Sequence record: OP310984.1 | Length of the DNA: 64,000 nucleotides | Reading direction: 5' to 3' (one strand) | Shown: piece by piece, positions 9,403 through 21,764 of the stretch | Position numbering within the stretch: position 1 is the first letter of the stretch | Layout of the letters: every line of letters starts with the position of its first letter | Position numbers and translations under genes: made by a program | The notes under the pieces: model-generated | What the model was told of the DNA's origin: nothing | The model's input: only the letters and a program-made list of their open reading frames with translations | Databases searched by the model: none

Positions 9403-10971
9403 CTATTCAGTTTCCTTGATTTCACTATCAACTAGTTTCTCAAGTACGGTGATCCAGATCATCACACATTTAAACAGATCATTACTAGCTTCAGTGGTGC
9501 CAGTTAGATAAGCCTTACCAACATTGGTTGCTTCTTTATCAGTCATCTGTGCAATGATTTCAGCAGTTGACTCTTTAGAGATACCGCGAATATTATTTAG
9601 ATGATTTAGGAGGTTATGAACTGCTTTTAGCTGAGCCATAACAACATTCTTATCAACTAATAGTTCAACAGTAATTCCATAGTTGGGTTTACCCGGTGCA
9701 TCAAGAATGGAGAAGTCTACCGCAGCTTTGTCTTTACCAAAGGTATAAACACGATTACCGGGCACAACCGGGCTAGCATATCGGACACCATTAGCATTAA
9801 TTTTGGTAGCTGTTCCAAACATACCTTTAGCTAAAGCCAGTGCTTTATCATCAGTTGTTTTTCCAGCTAAGGCTGCTTTAAGAGCACGCAGTCCATTCTT
9901 TTCAATGCTGTCAAATAGATTACGGATTACAGTAACCCCCTGAACAGGGTCTACACCAACCCAACTCTCACCAGTGTCACCTAGAATCAGATCGCGTGGA
10001 ATTGCGATAGTACGAACTTCATCGGGTAGTTCATTCTCTTTAACGCGTTTCATGATCTTATTAACGCGTTCTATTTGATTACTGACATTCTGGCGAATAC
10101 GTTGATAAGTTTCTACAACAATGCGAATTAGCTTCTTAATGAAATCTAATGCAACAGTAGATACTTCTTTTGCTTTAGCTTGTAGATTATCTAATACTTC
10201 AATAGAAGCTTTAGGCCGAGTTAGCGGTGATATAAAGGATTCCATTGATGGCACAGTGTTATTAAAATATTTATAGTCAAATGACTCTAGCGCGATGCTA
10301 ATAGCTTTAGCTAGATCATGATCGACATCATGCCCGCGATGATGGCGGTTACTAACTAAACCAATATAGTTTTCTAATGCAGTTTGAACAGATTCTACTT
10401 TAGTCAGTTCATTTACAATTGTAAACATTTCAACTGATAATGATTCTAGATGATCATCTAGTTCACCAGTGATGATATCTTCAGTAGTTTCCAGTAGTGC
10501 GGTGGCATCATAGCCATGGTCTAGCTGCTCAGTCTCATTGGCTTCCATAATAGAAATGTCTTCATTCGATGGGACATCTGCAATTTGGTGTGGTTTTTTG
10601 GTACTAACATTAAGATCTTTAGTATCACTTACTTTAGTGATCATTTCATCAGCTGTTTCAGTGATTTCGTTTTCAACACGATCACCTTTAGCTACTTGGA
10701 ATTCTTTTAGCCCTTGACTAACATGAATCTTCTTATCATTGATCTTATCAGCAGTTCCATCAACATCTGGACCTTTGCATACGTCAATTGGGGTATTGGT
10801 AACGACATTGGTAACTTCATCACATGGATTTACTTTACCATCTTCATCATCTTTTAATTGTTCTGGTAATTCTTTACCAACATCAAGATTGACATTCTTA
10901 TCTTCAGCATCAGAAACGCGCTCAAGACTTGCAAAGAAATCCATTGCGGGAACTGTTTTTTTCTTAGCCAT
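9403..10971 (-). CDS. gp162: Head protein with an acidic propeptide (phiKZ_IP family)
   Basis: 522 aa; acidic N-terminus with multiple S/A-x-E motifs (ASLE, SVE, ALES, SMES). Confidence 0.75.
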   Translation of the reverse strand: MAKKKTVPAMDFFASLERVSDAEDKNVNLDVGKELPEQLKDDEDGKVNPCDEVTNVVTNTPIDVCKGPDVDGTADKINDKKIHVSQGLKEFQVAKGDRVENEITETADEMITKVSDTKDLNVSTKKPHQIADVPSNEDISIMEANETEQLDHGYDATALLETTEDIITGELDDHLESLSVEMFTIVNELTKVESVQTALENYIGLVSNRHHRGHDVDHDLAKAISIALESFDYKYFNNTVPSMESFISPLTRPKASIEVLDNLQAKAKEVSTVALDFIKKLIRIVVETYQRIRQNVSNQIERVNKIMKRVKENELPDEVRTIAIPRDLILGDTGESWVGVDPVQGVTVIRNLFDSIEKNGLRALKAALAGKTTDDKALALAKGMFGTATKINANGVRYASPVVPGNRVYTFGKDKAAVDFSILDAPGKPNYGITVELLVDKNVVMAQLKAVHNLLNHLNNIRGISKESTAEIIAQMTDKEATNVGKAYLTGTTEASNDLFKCVMIWITVLEKLVDSEIKETE

Positions 10972-11006
10972 TTTAAAACTCCGGAGTATTAAAGTTCATA
11001 AGGTTG

Positions 11007-11666
<660 letters not shown>

Positions 11667-11707
11667 TCATTCAATTGAGCACTATAGTTACTTTAAGACG
11701 AAATAAT

Positions 11708-11735
11708 AGCGGATCCACTTTAAAGCAGATCCGCT
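11708..11735. terminator. Intergenic hairpin
   Basis: AGCGGATC...GATCCGCT. Confidence 0.55.
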
Positions 11736-11740
11736 TTAAA

Positions 11741-12214
11741 TTAAAATGCTTGACCAGGACAAACCCAAATATAATCACCAGTTGTTTGGCCATTAGGTCT
11801 GACTAATATAAATCGTTGTCCAACCGTACCGCGCACAGAAGCATCTTCAAATGGAAAACCTCTAGGTATAACTAATTTACCATCTTTGTCGTGTGCCCAA
11901 AAACTTAATGAGTCCCTAGTCTCTTTGCCATTAATAGGATCTTTTTCATAGAAACTCAATACGAAAGTAAATCCATTTGGCAATGATGTATTATATTTAA
12001 TAACAGTGCCAATAAATGTAGGTGTTGTTGGTGATGATACATATCCATCTTCTTCTTTAAAGATAATGTTAGTATCAAAATAATCTTTAACATCTAACAG
12101 ATTATAAATAACATCATCTCCATAAAGAGGGTGTTTCATTTTTAATGGATATTTATTTATTGTTGTGTAAAATGCACCAGGAATGAAATTATCACATTTT
12201 GATGTATCTGCCAT
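11741..12214 (-). CDS. Hypothetical protein
   Basis: 157-aa ORF with a GGAG RBS. Confidence 0.7.
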   Translation of the reverse strand: MADTSKCDNFIPGAFYTTINKYPLKMKHPLYGDDVIYNLLDVKDYFDTNIIFKEEDGYVSSPTTPTFIGTVIKYNTSLPNGFTFVLSFYEKDPINGKETRDSLSFWAHDKDGKLVIPRGFPFEDASVRGTVGQRFILVRPNGQTTGDYIWVCPGQAF

Positions 12215-12217
12215 GAT

Positions 12218-12637
12218 TTACTCCTGTACATCCGTCATTACACGTCCTTCGATAGACCAGTATAATTCATTTTCTAATGAATCATAAACCGTTCTATATT
12301 CACATGCCTCACCTTTGTTTAATTGACAGTCAACTTTGAATACACGGTTACCAACTAAACGATTACCATAAGCACGAATCACCAATAATCCATTTGTCTT
12401 ATTAGCAATAGTAAATACATATTTACCTTTTTTAGTATCATAGGCAGTAGCTGGTAAATTTACTATAAATGGACTATCTGAATTATCATTATCAGTATAA
12501 TTAGGATCTTCAACGATAATGTGCGCATTAAGATAAGTTGAGTCAATATCAAACTTACGTCCAGTTGCTTTAGACGTGTCAATTACTTTCATAGGTGGGT
12601 AGATATAACAGAATTCGCTCATGATTGCATCCACCAT
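12218..12637 (-). CDS. Hypothetical beta-sandwich protein, tail-associated candidate
   Basis: 139 aa; VNLP..G.YVFTIANKT motif shared with the C-terminal domain of the 316-aa neighbour. Confidence 0.65.
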   Translation of the reverse strand: MVDAIMSEFCYIYPPMKVIDTSKATGRKFDIDSTYLNAHIIVEDPNYTDNDNSDSPFIVNLPATAYDTKKGKYVFTIANKTNGLLVIRAYGNRLVGNRVFKVDCQLNKGEACEYRTVYDSLENELYWSIEGRVMTDVQE

Positions 12638-13569
12638 GACAGACCAAGTGTATACATCGCTTTAGTTGTTTCATTATAACAGATAAATCGAGTATAGCCA
12701 TTATTAGGTAAGAAACCAGTACTTGTATACATTGGCCTAATGATACTCTGTTGATAAGCAGTAGCTATATCAACATCTTCATTAGTTAAATTCAGTATTC
12801 GATATTCAGCACCAGCCTTAAGTTTCTCGCTATTGCCAGAAGGTAGTATAACACCTTTAGGTGACTCTGCTATTTGAGCACCATCTGGTTTAGGCATTAG
12901 TACCAATAGCCTACCTATAGCTTGATCATAAGGCGGACAAATCCAATTACCAAATTTACCTGTTTCATTATCAACTGTAATTGTAAATGGTACAAGCAAT
13001 TGCGGGAATATCTGATAGCCATCTGTTGGTTCTGGATCAGGATCTGGATCTGGGTCAGGCGGATCAGGGTCAACATCACCACCTGAATGTAACCATAGAT
13101 TTAACCATCCTCTCCACCATAGTGATGAATCAATAGCTTTAAATAAAAAGTTTGGTTGTTTCTTACCACCGGTATACGTTATATTAGATATTTCTAACCA
13201 TATGTCACTAGCAGTAAAATTTAATTTAGCTTTATTAGCAACATACGCAACTAAAGCTTCGCTATTTTTTAATCCTTGAACAACCGTTACTTCCGATGCT
13301 GTCCAATATGGATTTTTAATATAATCATTAACATTAAAACGATTATAAAGAAAGTCGTAATAAACAGCACTATTAGTTGCATCTTTTTGAATACGAACAA
13401 ATGCCCTATTAGGCTCATCGATAGTTGCACTATCCATTACCATTACGATAATGGACTTATCTTCAGATAAACCTAAATCCGGATATGCTGTTGTAACTGC
13501 TTTGAAGAAACCTATTCGTGGATCTTGTCCACGCGGGTTATCCGCCAGATTAAGAGTGAATCTACGCAT
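12619..13569 (-). CDS. Two-domain putative structural protein with an Asp-Pro linker
   Basis: 316 aa; DPDPPDPDPDPDPEP linker. Confidence 0.7.
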   Translation of the reverse strand: MRRFTLNLADNPRGQDPRIGFFKAVTTAYPDLGLSEDKSIIVMVMDSATIDEPNRAFVRIQKDATNSAVYYDFLYNRFNVNDYIKNPYWTASEVTVVQGLKNSEALVAYVANKAKLNFTASDIWLEISNITYTGGKKQPNFLFKAIDSSLWWRGWLNLWLHSGGDVDPDPPDPDPDPDPEPTDGYQIFPQLLVPFTITVDNETGKFGNWICPPYDQAIGRLLVLMPKPDGAQIAESPKGVILPSGNSEKLKAGAEYRILNLTNEDVDIATAYQQSIIRPMYTSTGFLPNNGYTRFICYNETTKAMYTLGLSWWMQS

Positions 13570-13592
13570 TGCGCCACCTTTAGATTAATATA

Positions 13593-13614
13593 AGAGAGGG
13601 CCTTTGCCCTCTCT
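13593..13614. terminator. Hairpin terminator
   Basis: AGAGAGGGC-CTTT-GCCCTCTCT. Confidence 0.7.
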
Positions 13615-13624
13615 CATTTATGCA

Positions 13625-14965
<1,341 letters not shown>

Positions 14966-15140
14966 TTAATCCTCATAATTAGAGCGCGATGGGTTTCCAT
15001 CTATAAAATCAGTCTGTTCTAGTTGTGTTAAAATAAAAAGTCTGGTATTATGAGCTTTACGTAATACCCTTGTAACAGTCTATTGATAGAAATGCCAATA
15101 CTGGCTTTTATGGGTAGGCATAGTACTAACAGAGGTCATC

Positions 15141-15431
15141 ATGCTCGGTTTGACTATTAAAGCCTTGCTCTTCGTTTGGCCATTCCTTAAGAGGGCTATC
15201 TTTGGTGATAGAACAATTAAGGAAGTGTTGCTGGAAAACAAACATGTCACGGCAATGTTAATCCTAGTTGTAATATTACTAGGTACCTTATTCATAGTGA
15301 CTAGTGAGTTGAAGTCAGTTAAAGCAAGCAACTGGGCCGTTAAAGCCGAAATGGATCGACTCAAGAAAATGACGCCTGAGAAGGCTGAAATGCTTGAGCG
15401 CCGCCGTCGTTTAAATGACTTGCTAAAGTAA
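15141..15431 (+). CDS. Small inner-membrane protein (i-spanin-like or holin-like)
   Basis: 96 aa; TM AMLILVVILLGTLFIV followed by a coiled coil; GAGG RBS. Confidence 0.7.
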   Translation: MLGLTIKALLFVWPFLKRAIFGDRTIKEVLLENKHVTAMLILVVILLGTLFIVTSELKSVKASNWAVKAEMDRLKKMTPEKAEMLERRRRLNDLLK

Positions 15432-15451
15432 GTACCAAATTGGTGGATCAC

Positions 15452-15853
15452 ATGTCAAGAAAGTTCTTTCTAATACTCCTACCACTTATCAGTGGCTGTG
15501 TTTATACGCCACATGAGTACCACACGCACAACACGACTGTGGTCCAATATGAGCACTCCTCTTCTACAGATGATCATACATCTGTTGTTACAACTAAAGA
15601 AGAGGTAATACAAAAAGTTCTGCCTACACCTAAAAAATATAGTAAGGATACTAGTAAGAAGTGTATGGTTTTCGAACTACCAAGAAAGAAACCGGTACCG
15701 CCAACACCGATTATTACAGAGTTTATAGAAACTCCGGAACAAATCGATATCTTGTTGACTGACTATATAAAAGAATTAAAGTCACATATTGTATCTGAAC
15801 GCGCTAAAATTGAGCAAGCATATGAAGAATGGCGTGCAAAGTGTGATGAGTAA
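15452..15853 (+). CDS. Outer-membrane lipoprotein (o-spanin-like)
   Basis: MSRKFFLILLPLISG-C lipobox; Pro-rich segment, C-terminal helix and Cys; ATG 15452 has a GGTGG RBS. Confidence 0.7.
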   Translation: MSRKFFLILLPLISGCVYTPHEYHTHNTTVVQYEHSSSTDDHTSVVTTKEEVIQKVLPTPKKYSKDTSKKCMVFELPRKKPVPPTPIITEFIETPEQIDILLTDYIKELKSHIVSERAKIEQAYEEWRAKCDE

Positions 15854-15908
15854 TTTACTTGCTAGAATTATTATCTAGTTTAGTAATCGATCACATGAGG
15901 AAACAATA

Positions 15909-17357
15909 ATGTCAGACGGTATGGTTTTATACACTGACGGATCATTCCGACAGGGTAAAGCTGGTTGGGGTATTCATGGTTATACCTATGAAAATGTTGC
16001 AATGAAATCTAAAGCAGCCACCAAACAGCAACCAACAGCTAAGGGATACTTAGATGTAGGTGCAGATGAGACATGCACTGTTTTAAATTATATTGATGCA
16101 TTTGGTAGTGTAACTAATAACCCTACTAATAATACAGGTGAGCTAACCGCTGCAATTGAGGCTTTCAAAATAGCCCATGAAGCAGATGCACCTAGACTAA
16201 CGATGCTCATGGATAGTGAATACGTTAGAAAAGGTATGACCGCATATTTACCCAAATGGATTAAGTCCAATTGGATTAAATCAGACGGTACACCGGTAGC
16301 AAACCAGGACCTATGGAAACAGATGGTCGAACTAAAAGCTAAATGGGAAGAAACTAATAAACCATTAAGCATCCAATGGGTCCGCGGTCATAACGGAGAC
16401 ATTGGTAATGAAAAAGCTGATGCTAATGCTAAGCTTGGTTCGGGACAGAATAATGATAAGCCAGTGATGGTTTCGGTTAAAGGCGAAGAAATTAACAAAC
16501 TTAAAAAACAAGTTGTTAATCCACTTATCCTCGAAAGTAGGTTACTCTTCGCCATTAACTCTGGAGAAGAACCAGATGGGTTCTATTACACCTATAATTT
16601 AGGTCGTATGCATAACTATGGTCATAAACCAAAAGACACTGCTAAAGATAAATTAGCTAAAGCTGATTTAATTTTAGGGCGTCGTATCTCTGAAGCAACC
16701 TTCAGTGTATATAAGGCAAATGAGCCAGATGAGTATCTCCAGTTACTAATTAATATGCATACAGAAGCACTGGGTACTGAAAATCCAGAACTGGGTATCA
16801 TCAATTTGGCAAACGCATACCGTGCAACCATTCGACAGAAAATTGAATCCATGGGACTACCTGCTCTAGTCGTATGGAAAGATATCAATGTTTTGTCGAC
16901 GCCAACAGATGAACTCATTAGTCGGACTCTTAATCCACCACGTATGGCAAATGACGCTGTAGCTACATTTAATGTTATGCGCAGTCGTCTTGAAGATTAC
17001 TTGGCTGGTAAACTTGGAGAGTCGGTTGGTATTATTGATATTACCGAGCACTTCTTCGAGGAAGTCGCAAAGGGTAAGAAAGTTGGCTATCAACTACTTA
17101 AGACGATTACATCTAATACAGGCTTTGTAGAAGTTCCGATCACATTTAAAGATCGTAAGATAAAATTAAAGCTTGTATTAAATATCGATATTCCAAGTAG
17201 AAACCAATTAGCTCGTATTGGAGCTAATAAAGTTAAAATGGAAATTCTTGTAGTAGCTGAAGGCCCATATTCTTATTCATATTCAATTGTGTTCGTGACT
17301 GATGATGGTTCAGCTATTTATCAATCACCCTATACACAATTTATTCTCCCAAAATAG
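15909..17357 (+). CDS. gp155: RNase HI with a long C-terminal extension
   Basis: YTDGS, NNTGELTA, DSEY and WVRGHNGDIGNEKAD RNase H motifs. Confidence 0.92.
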   Translation: MSDGMVLYTDGSFRQGKAGWGIHGYTYENVAMKSKAATKQQPTAKGYLDVGADETCTVLNYIDAFGSVTNNPTNNTGELTAAIEAFKIAHEADAPRLTMLMDSEYVRKGMTAYLPKWIKSNWIKSDGTPVANQDLWKQMVELKAKWEETNKPLSIQWVRGHNGDIGNEKADANAKLGSGQNNDKPVMVSVKGEEINKLKKQVVNPLILESRLLFAINSGEEPDGFYYTYNLGRMHNYGHKPKDTAKDKLAKADLILGRRISEATFSVYKANEPDEYLQLLINMHTEALGTENPELGIINLANAYRATIRQKIESMGLPALVVWKDINVLSTPTDELISRTLNPPRMANDAVATFNVMRSRLEDYLAGKLGESVGIIDITEHFFEEVAKGKKVGYQLLKTITSNTGFVEVPITFKDRKIKLKLVLNIDIPSRNQLARIGANKVKMEILVVAEGPYSYSYSIVFVTDDGSAIYQSPYTQFILPK

Positions 17358-17367
17358 TGGGTATTCC

Positions 17368-17787
17368 ATGAACCTTATTAGCAGATTCAAAAAGTCGGTT
17401 AAGAATGGTTTCAGGGCAATTTGGATTAAGCTCTGGGACTATGCTGATCCCGAACTAAAGCGGATGTGCGTCATGGCGTCACTGTACTCCGTTATAGTAC
17501 AGTGTAAGACAAATGAGTGTGAAAAGATCTCTCATTTGAATTCTAACATGAAACTAGTACGCGATGAAGCTGCCTTACGACTCCCTATTCATTATGGGCC
17601 GTACGTATGGAAAGGCGTGATAGCAATCGATAAGATTGATAAAGCAGATCTAACCACTGATCAATTTTTCATGAGGCTTATTCGTAAGACTCCGTGTTGG
17701 ATGAAATATGCTGATGATGCAACTTTTTTAAAGGATTTAAAAACCCTCTTTAAATTAAGTTTACATGAGAAGTGTATTCCAAATTGA
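17368..17787 (+). CDS. Hypothetical protein
   Basis: Start MNLISRF at 17368, just after the RNase H stop. Confidence 0.7.
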   Translation: MNLISRFKKSVKNGFRAIWIKLWDYADPELKRMCVMASLYSVIVQCKTNECEKISHLNSNMKLVRDEAALRLPIHYGPYVWKGVIAIDKIDKADLTTDQFFMRLIRKTPCWMKYADDATFLKDLKTLFKLSLHEKCIPN

Positions 17788-17796
17788 TTGGTACGA

Positions 17797-17829
17797 CATA
17801 ATGCCCTCTCCTTTGGGAGAGGGCTTATG
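17797..17829. terminator. Bidirectional hairpin terminator
   Basis: CATAAT-GCCCTCTCC-TTTG-GGAGAGGGC-TTATG between convergent genes. Confidence 0.8.
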
Positions 17830-17832
17830 CTG

Positions 17833-18747
17833 TTATCCAATGATTTCACGAAGAATATCTTCAGTGGCTTTCATTGTGTTTGCAGTCTCAACAATCTTGG
17901 TAAAGAGTGTTGAATAACGTTCAACATGGTCTGCTGCCCATGTAACCCCTTCAATTAATGTCTGTAATAGCTCTGGAGAGGTGTCAGAGTTACTATCCTT
18001 AACATCCTCCATAAAGCTATCAATTAATTGACTAAGCGCTTCTGAAGCACGTTTTACATCATTTGGACGAACCCGTGATAAAATGCTACGAATATCGTTC
18101 ATTTTCTTTGTTGCGTCAACAAATGAATTTAATGATGGGTAAAGCTTACCAAACTCAGCTGTACTTGACCGGTTGTCACTGTCATAGAAAGAAGCATCTT
18201 TAGCAAGATCATTGATCGATGCCATTGCAAATGAATTAGCAAAGCCACGCTTATCCATTCGATCAGCTCGCTGTTGTAGATAATATCCAAGTTGTGCTTT
18301 AACCGGGTCTAATACCGCTGGAATAATAGTGGCCATTTCCTTAGCTTCTGTTAATAGATAATCAACATAGTCTGGAATCTCACCATTAAAACCAACTGGT
18401 TGTGGCACGATTGTATTTGCTACTTCTAAATAATCAATGTGTGAAACTAAATGGCGCATCTGCGCTGGATGGAACTCAGGAATAATTTGATTACTCCAGT
18501 TAGTCATCGACGTAAATGTATTACGAGCAGCGATAGCAAAATTAGCACCGCGTTTATTGATAATGTTAATAGCGTTTGTTGCGAAATTAGCTTCTTGAGA
18601 AATAGTCTCAGTAATATCTACAAGCTGTTGTTTTGGATCAACTTGTACTAAACTAATATCATCATTAACAATATTGTCAGATTCAATTAGATCCTGACAA
18701 TCATTTTCTAGTGAAATACTTTTAGCGTATTTATGGATGTTAAACAT
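17833..18747 (-). CDS. Putative head-associated protein (gp153 position)
   Basis: 304 aa; N-terminal SISLE processing-like motif. Confidence 0.7.
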   Translation of the reverse strand: MFNIHKYAKSISLENDCQDLIESDNIVNDDISLVQVDPKQQLVDITETISQEANFATNAINIINKRGANFAIAARNTFTSMTNWSNQIIPEFHPAQMRHLVSHIDYLEVANTIVPQPVGFNGEIPDYVDYLLTEAKEMATIIPAVLDPVKAQLGYYLQQRADRMDKRGFANSFAMASINDLAKDASFYDSDNRSSTAEFGKLYPSLNSFVDATKKMNDIRSILSRVRPNDVKRASEALSQLIDSFMEDVKDSNSDTSPELLQTLIEGVTWAADHVERYSTLFTKIVETANTMKATEDILREIIG

Positions 18748-18788
18748 GTCTTAATTTCCTTGCGCAAGGATTGTTGAATATGTAGACA

Positions 18789-18798
18789 TAAAATTACT
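18789..18798 (+). promoter_or_regulatory. Putative middle promoter element
   Basis: TAAAATTACT upstream of uvsX, identical to 58441-58450 upstream of the helicase; resembles AAanntTAC. Confidence 0.4.
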
Positions 18799-18844
18799 CT
18801 CCAAATCAATTAATTGACTGTTTAACTTAAAAAATGGAGTCAAC

Positions 18845-20284
18845 ATGTTTGGTAAACATTTCGAACGTCCAGCTTTCCGACCGGCTCTTAACATCGGATG
18901 CCTTATGGACATTTCAACTGGTAAGTATGAACAAGGTAAGCATGGTGAAATGATTCTAAATGGTGGTATGGGATCACTAACTGGTATTGCTTCACGACCT
19001 AACAATTTTAAAACTGCATTAGGTATCTACCTCATGGCAATGATGCGCCGTGCTTTCCCCGGTGCACATGCAATGACTTACGATACAGAAGGTACATTAA
19101 ACCCAGGTGCTCGATTTACATCTTTAGCACAAGCTTATCCTGAGCTAGCTGCTATCGATTGGGAAAATGATGAGCAATACATGTTTACTGACTTATCTCG
19201 TTATACTGGGGATGAGTGGTTCAAAATCTTCCGAGATGCATTATCTGAAAAAGAGAAAGCTGAAAAAGATTATCTACGCACTACCCCATTTCTTGATGTG
19301 AATGGTAACAATAAGAAAGCACTGTACCCAACTGGTGGATTCATTGATAGTTTCTCAAAGTTCATTGTCTCAGCTGTGTCTGAAATGTATGCTAAAAATG
19401 CTATCGGTGATTCTAAAGTAAACACTGATGCGATGACTAATGGTAAAGCCAAGAATCAGTTATTTAACCAACTGCCGCAGATCTGTGCTAAAACCAGTAC
19501 ATACATGATTCTCACTGCACACGTTGGAGATATTATTCAAATTGAGATGTACCCTACTGATAAACGTAATCTATCGCATATGAAGAAGGATACGGTTCTT
19601 AAAGGGGTATCAGGTGGTTTCTACTCTCTGCCGAATAATGTGTTTTCTATTGAATCTAATAAACCGTTAGTCAATAAAGAAAAAATGCCTTTATATCCAA
19701 TTGACAATTCAACTGCTATTGAAGGCGATACAGATCTACGTATTCTAGAAGTTATTAACTTACGTGGTAAAGGTGGAATTACTGGTCTACCATTCCATCT
19801 CATTGTTTCACAGACTGAAGGTATTCTTCCATCACTATCGGAATTCCATTATTGCCGTGAAAATGATTGGGGGATTGGTGGTAATAACATTAACTACTTC
19901 GTTGAGCTATGTCCTGATATCAAACTAAGCCGAACCACTGTTCGTAAGAAATTGATGGATAACCCTGCTCTACAACGAGCTGTTGAAATCCAATCTGAAA
20001 TGCTACAATTAATTCAATTCCAACGTTGGAATCTTGGAGATTATGTAGTAACTCCAGCCGAACTATATGCTGATCTTAAAGTAATGGGTTATGATTGGAA
20101 TATTATTCTTAATAATACCCGTGGCTATTGGATGTTCGAAGAAGACGAACAATTTAGTGATAAAAAATTCCTATCCACGTATGACCTACTACGCATGCGT
20201 AAAAGTGAATATAAACCATACTGGATGACTGACGAAGAAAAAGCTAAAATTGTACCTCTTGAACTAGCTAAAGCAAAAGCTTAA
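18845..20284 (+). CDS. uvsX: UvsX/RecA-like recombinase
   Basis: 479 aa; P-loop variant SRPNNFKT, YDTEG, FIDSFS, ILTAH; phiKZ gp152 equivalent. Confidence 0.85.
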   Translation: MFGKHFERPAFRPALNIGCLMDISTGKYEQGKHGEMILNGGMGSLTGIASRPNNFKTALGIYLMAMMRRAFPGAHAMTYDTEGTLNPGARFTSLAQAYPELAAIDWENDEQYMFTDLSRYTGDEWFKIFRDALSEKEKAEKDYLRTTPFLDVNGNNKKALYPTGGFIDSFSKFIVSAVSEMYAKNAIGDSKVNTDAMTNGKAKNQLFNQLPQICAKTSTYMILTAHVGDIIQIEMYPTDKRNLSHMKKDTVLKGVSGGFYSLPNNVFSIESNKPLVNKEKMPLYPIDNSTAIEGDTDLRILEVINLRGKGGITGLPFHLIVSQTEGILPSLSEFHYCRENDWGIGGNNINYFVELCPDIKLSRTTVRKKLMDNPALQRAVEIQSEMLQLIQFQRWNLGDYVVTPAELYADLKVMGYDWNIILNNTRGYWMFEEDEQFSDKKFLSTYDLLRMRKSEYKPYWMTDEEKAKIVPLELAKAKA

Positions 20285-20315
20285 TGTTAGTATAGATGTT
20301 ATCGCCAGTTTTAAA

Positions 20316-20346
20316 ATAACTAGGGGTCAATAAGATCCCTAGTTAT
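20316..20346 (+). terminator. Hairpin downstream of uvsX
   Basis: ATAACTAGGG...CCCTAGTTAT. Confidence 0.65.
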
Positions 20347-20360
20347 GTCAGGTTTGGTAT

Positions 20361-20711
20361 ATGAATGTTTACACTTATCAGATAGCTAAATATAAGTTAG
20401 TTATAGAGAAAGGAATAAAACCGCTAGACATAACTGTTAAATCAGGTGCATATCAACTCGCACCTACGTGGTTAATGGTTATGGGACATAAGAAAGGAAT
20501 TATATCAAGTGATGAATACACTGAAGCATATCTCAGTATGTTAGAGCAATCATTGATTGATAATCCAGAATTCTTTAAATGGTTCTTCCAATTAGAGGAA
20601 GTAGCATTAGGTTGTTATTGTCGCGCTGGTAATTTCTGTCACCGGCATTTATTAGTAGAATGGCTTGAAACAAAAACAGAGGTCATTTACTGTGGTGAGA
20701 TATCAAAGTAA
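20361..20711 (+). CDS. DUF488-like protein
   Basis: LAPT...Y..ML...LGCYCRAGNFCHRHLL motif. Confidence 0.7.
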   Translation: MNVYTYQIAKYKLVIEKGIKPLDITVKSGAYQLAPTWLMVMGHKKGIISSDEYTEAYLSMLEQSLIDNPEFFKWFFQLEEVALGCYCRAGNFCHRHLLVEWLETKTEVIYCGEISK

Positions 20712-20734
20712 AATAAAGACCCTAAGGAACTATA

Positions 20735-21055
20735 ATGAAAACTACAGAAGATTATCGTTTAACACTTTGTCAACGTCTACGAATGTTTGATGTTGAACTA
20801 TCAGAAGATCTATTACGTCGATTACCAGTGTGTACAGACGTACCCACTTTATCAGCTTGCTTTCAGCAACTATTAGCTCAATACCCTAGTCAGACATTGA
20901 CAGCTAGAACCACCATTGATGATTCAGTCACCTTTGAAGTATGGTATGCTAATTTTCTAGCCAACATATTACCAATTCTTAAGAGGCACAGGTTACCTCC
21001 ATGTACTGACCAGAATTCAATACCTGTCTATCAAGGGGTATCTCGCTCAAGCTAA
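20735..21055 (+). CDS. Hypothetical protein
   Basis: 106 aa, AAGGA RBS. Confidence 0.7.
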   Translation: MKTTEDYRLTLCQRLRMFDVELSEDLLRRLPVCTDVPTLSACFQQLLAQYPSQTLTARTTIDDSVTFEVWYANFLANILPILKRHRLPPCTDQNSIPVYQGVSRSS

Positions 21056-21087
21056 TGGTATGTTAAACAACCTTAAAGGAAATTACC

Positions 21088-21762
21088 ATGACTAAACGAG
21101 AATTGGTAGAAAAAGAATGCCTATGGATTATTGACATGTTTCTACCTGGTAGTAGTAATGTTGATATATATAAAGAAATGTTTGCACGAATGAATGATGA
21201 GGAATTTGAGGAGTGGATTAATAAGTTAGATTCTGGTGAAGAGATGTTGGCATTATATGCTCCTAACTTATGCACTAAGCCTAAATTAACTATTAAGCAA
21301 AATTATAAAGTTGCTAAAGCGATTGGTCATAATTTATTCCAACACATCATTTTAACTGATCCAGGTACTGGCCAGGTATATCGAACTGCTAATAAACATT
21401 TAGTTGGTTTAATACCAATCCGTCGTCAAGTACAAATGCTTGAGAAAAAGAAAAGTATTCCAGGTTCTAGTCACGTGATTGACCAGAGGTCAGGGCAGGT
21501 AACTGGTGATTCTAAAGGATCCCGTATGTCTGCACCAGAGATTCAAGTTAACGCTTCAAAAGGTCTCCGTTATTCCATGATCGAATTCATGAAACTGCGT
21601 GGTGGCGACCAGAAGGCGTATAATGCAATGAACCGCTCTATTATCGAAACTGGTAGTGCTTCTGTTGATTCCATCATGTCCACTTATGATACTACTGTGC
21701 AATCTAATAAAACATTTGCATGTTATCTAAAAGGCATGATGCTACAAAATAACTTGGTGTAA
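21088..21762 (+). CDS. gp149: Virion RNA polymerase beta subunit, C-terminal part
   Basis: IDQRSGQVTGDSKGSRMSAPE...IEFMKLRGGD corresponds to the C-terminal RpoB motif. Confidence 0.85.
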   Translation: MTKRELVEKECLWIIDMFLPGSSNVDIYKEMFARMNDEEFEEWINKLDSGEEMLALYAPNLCTKPKLTIKQNYKVAKAIGHNLFQHIILTDPGTGQVYRTANKHLVGLIPIRRQVQMLEKKKSIPGSSHVIDQRSGQVTGDSKGSRMSAPEIQVNASKGLRYSMIEFMKLRGGDQKAYNAMNRSIIETGSASVDSIMSTYDTTVQSNKTFACYLKGMMLQNNLV

Positions 21763-21764
21763 TT

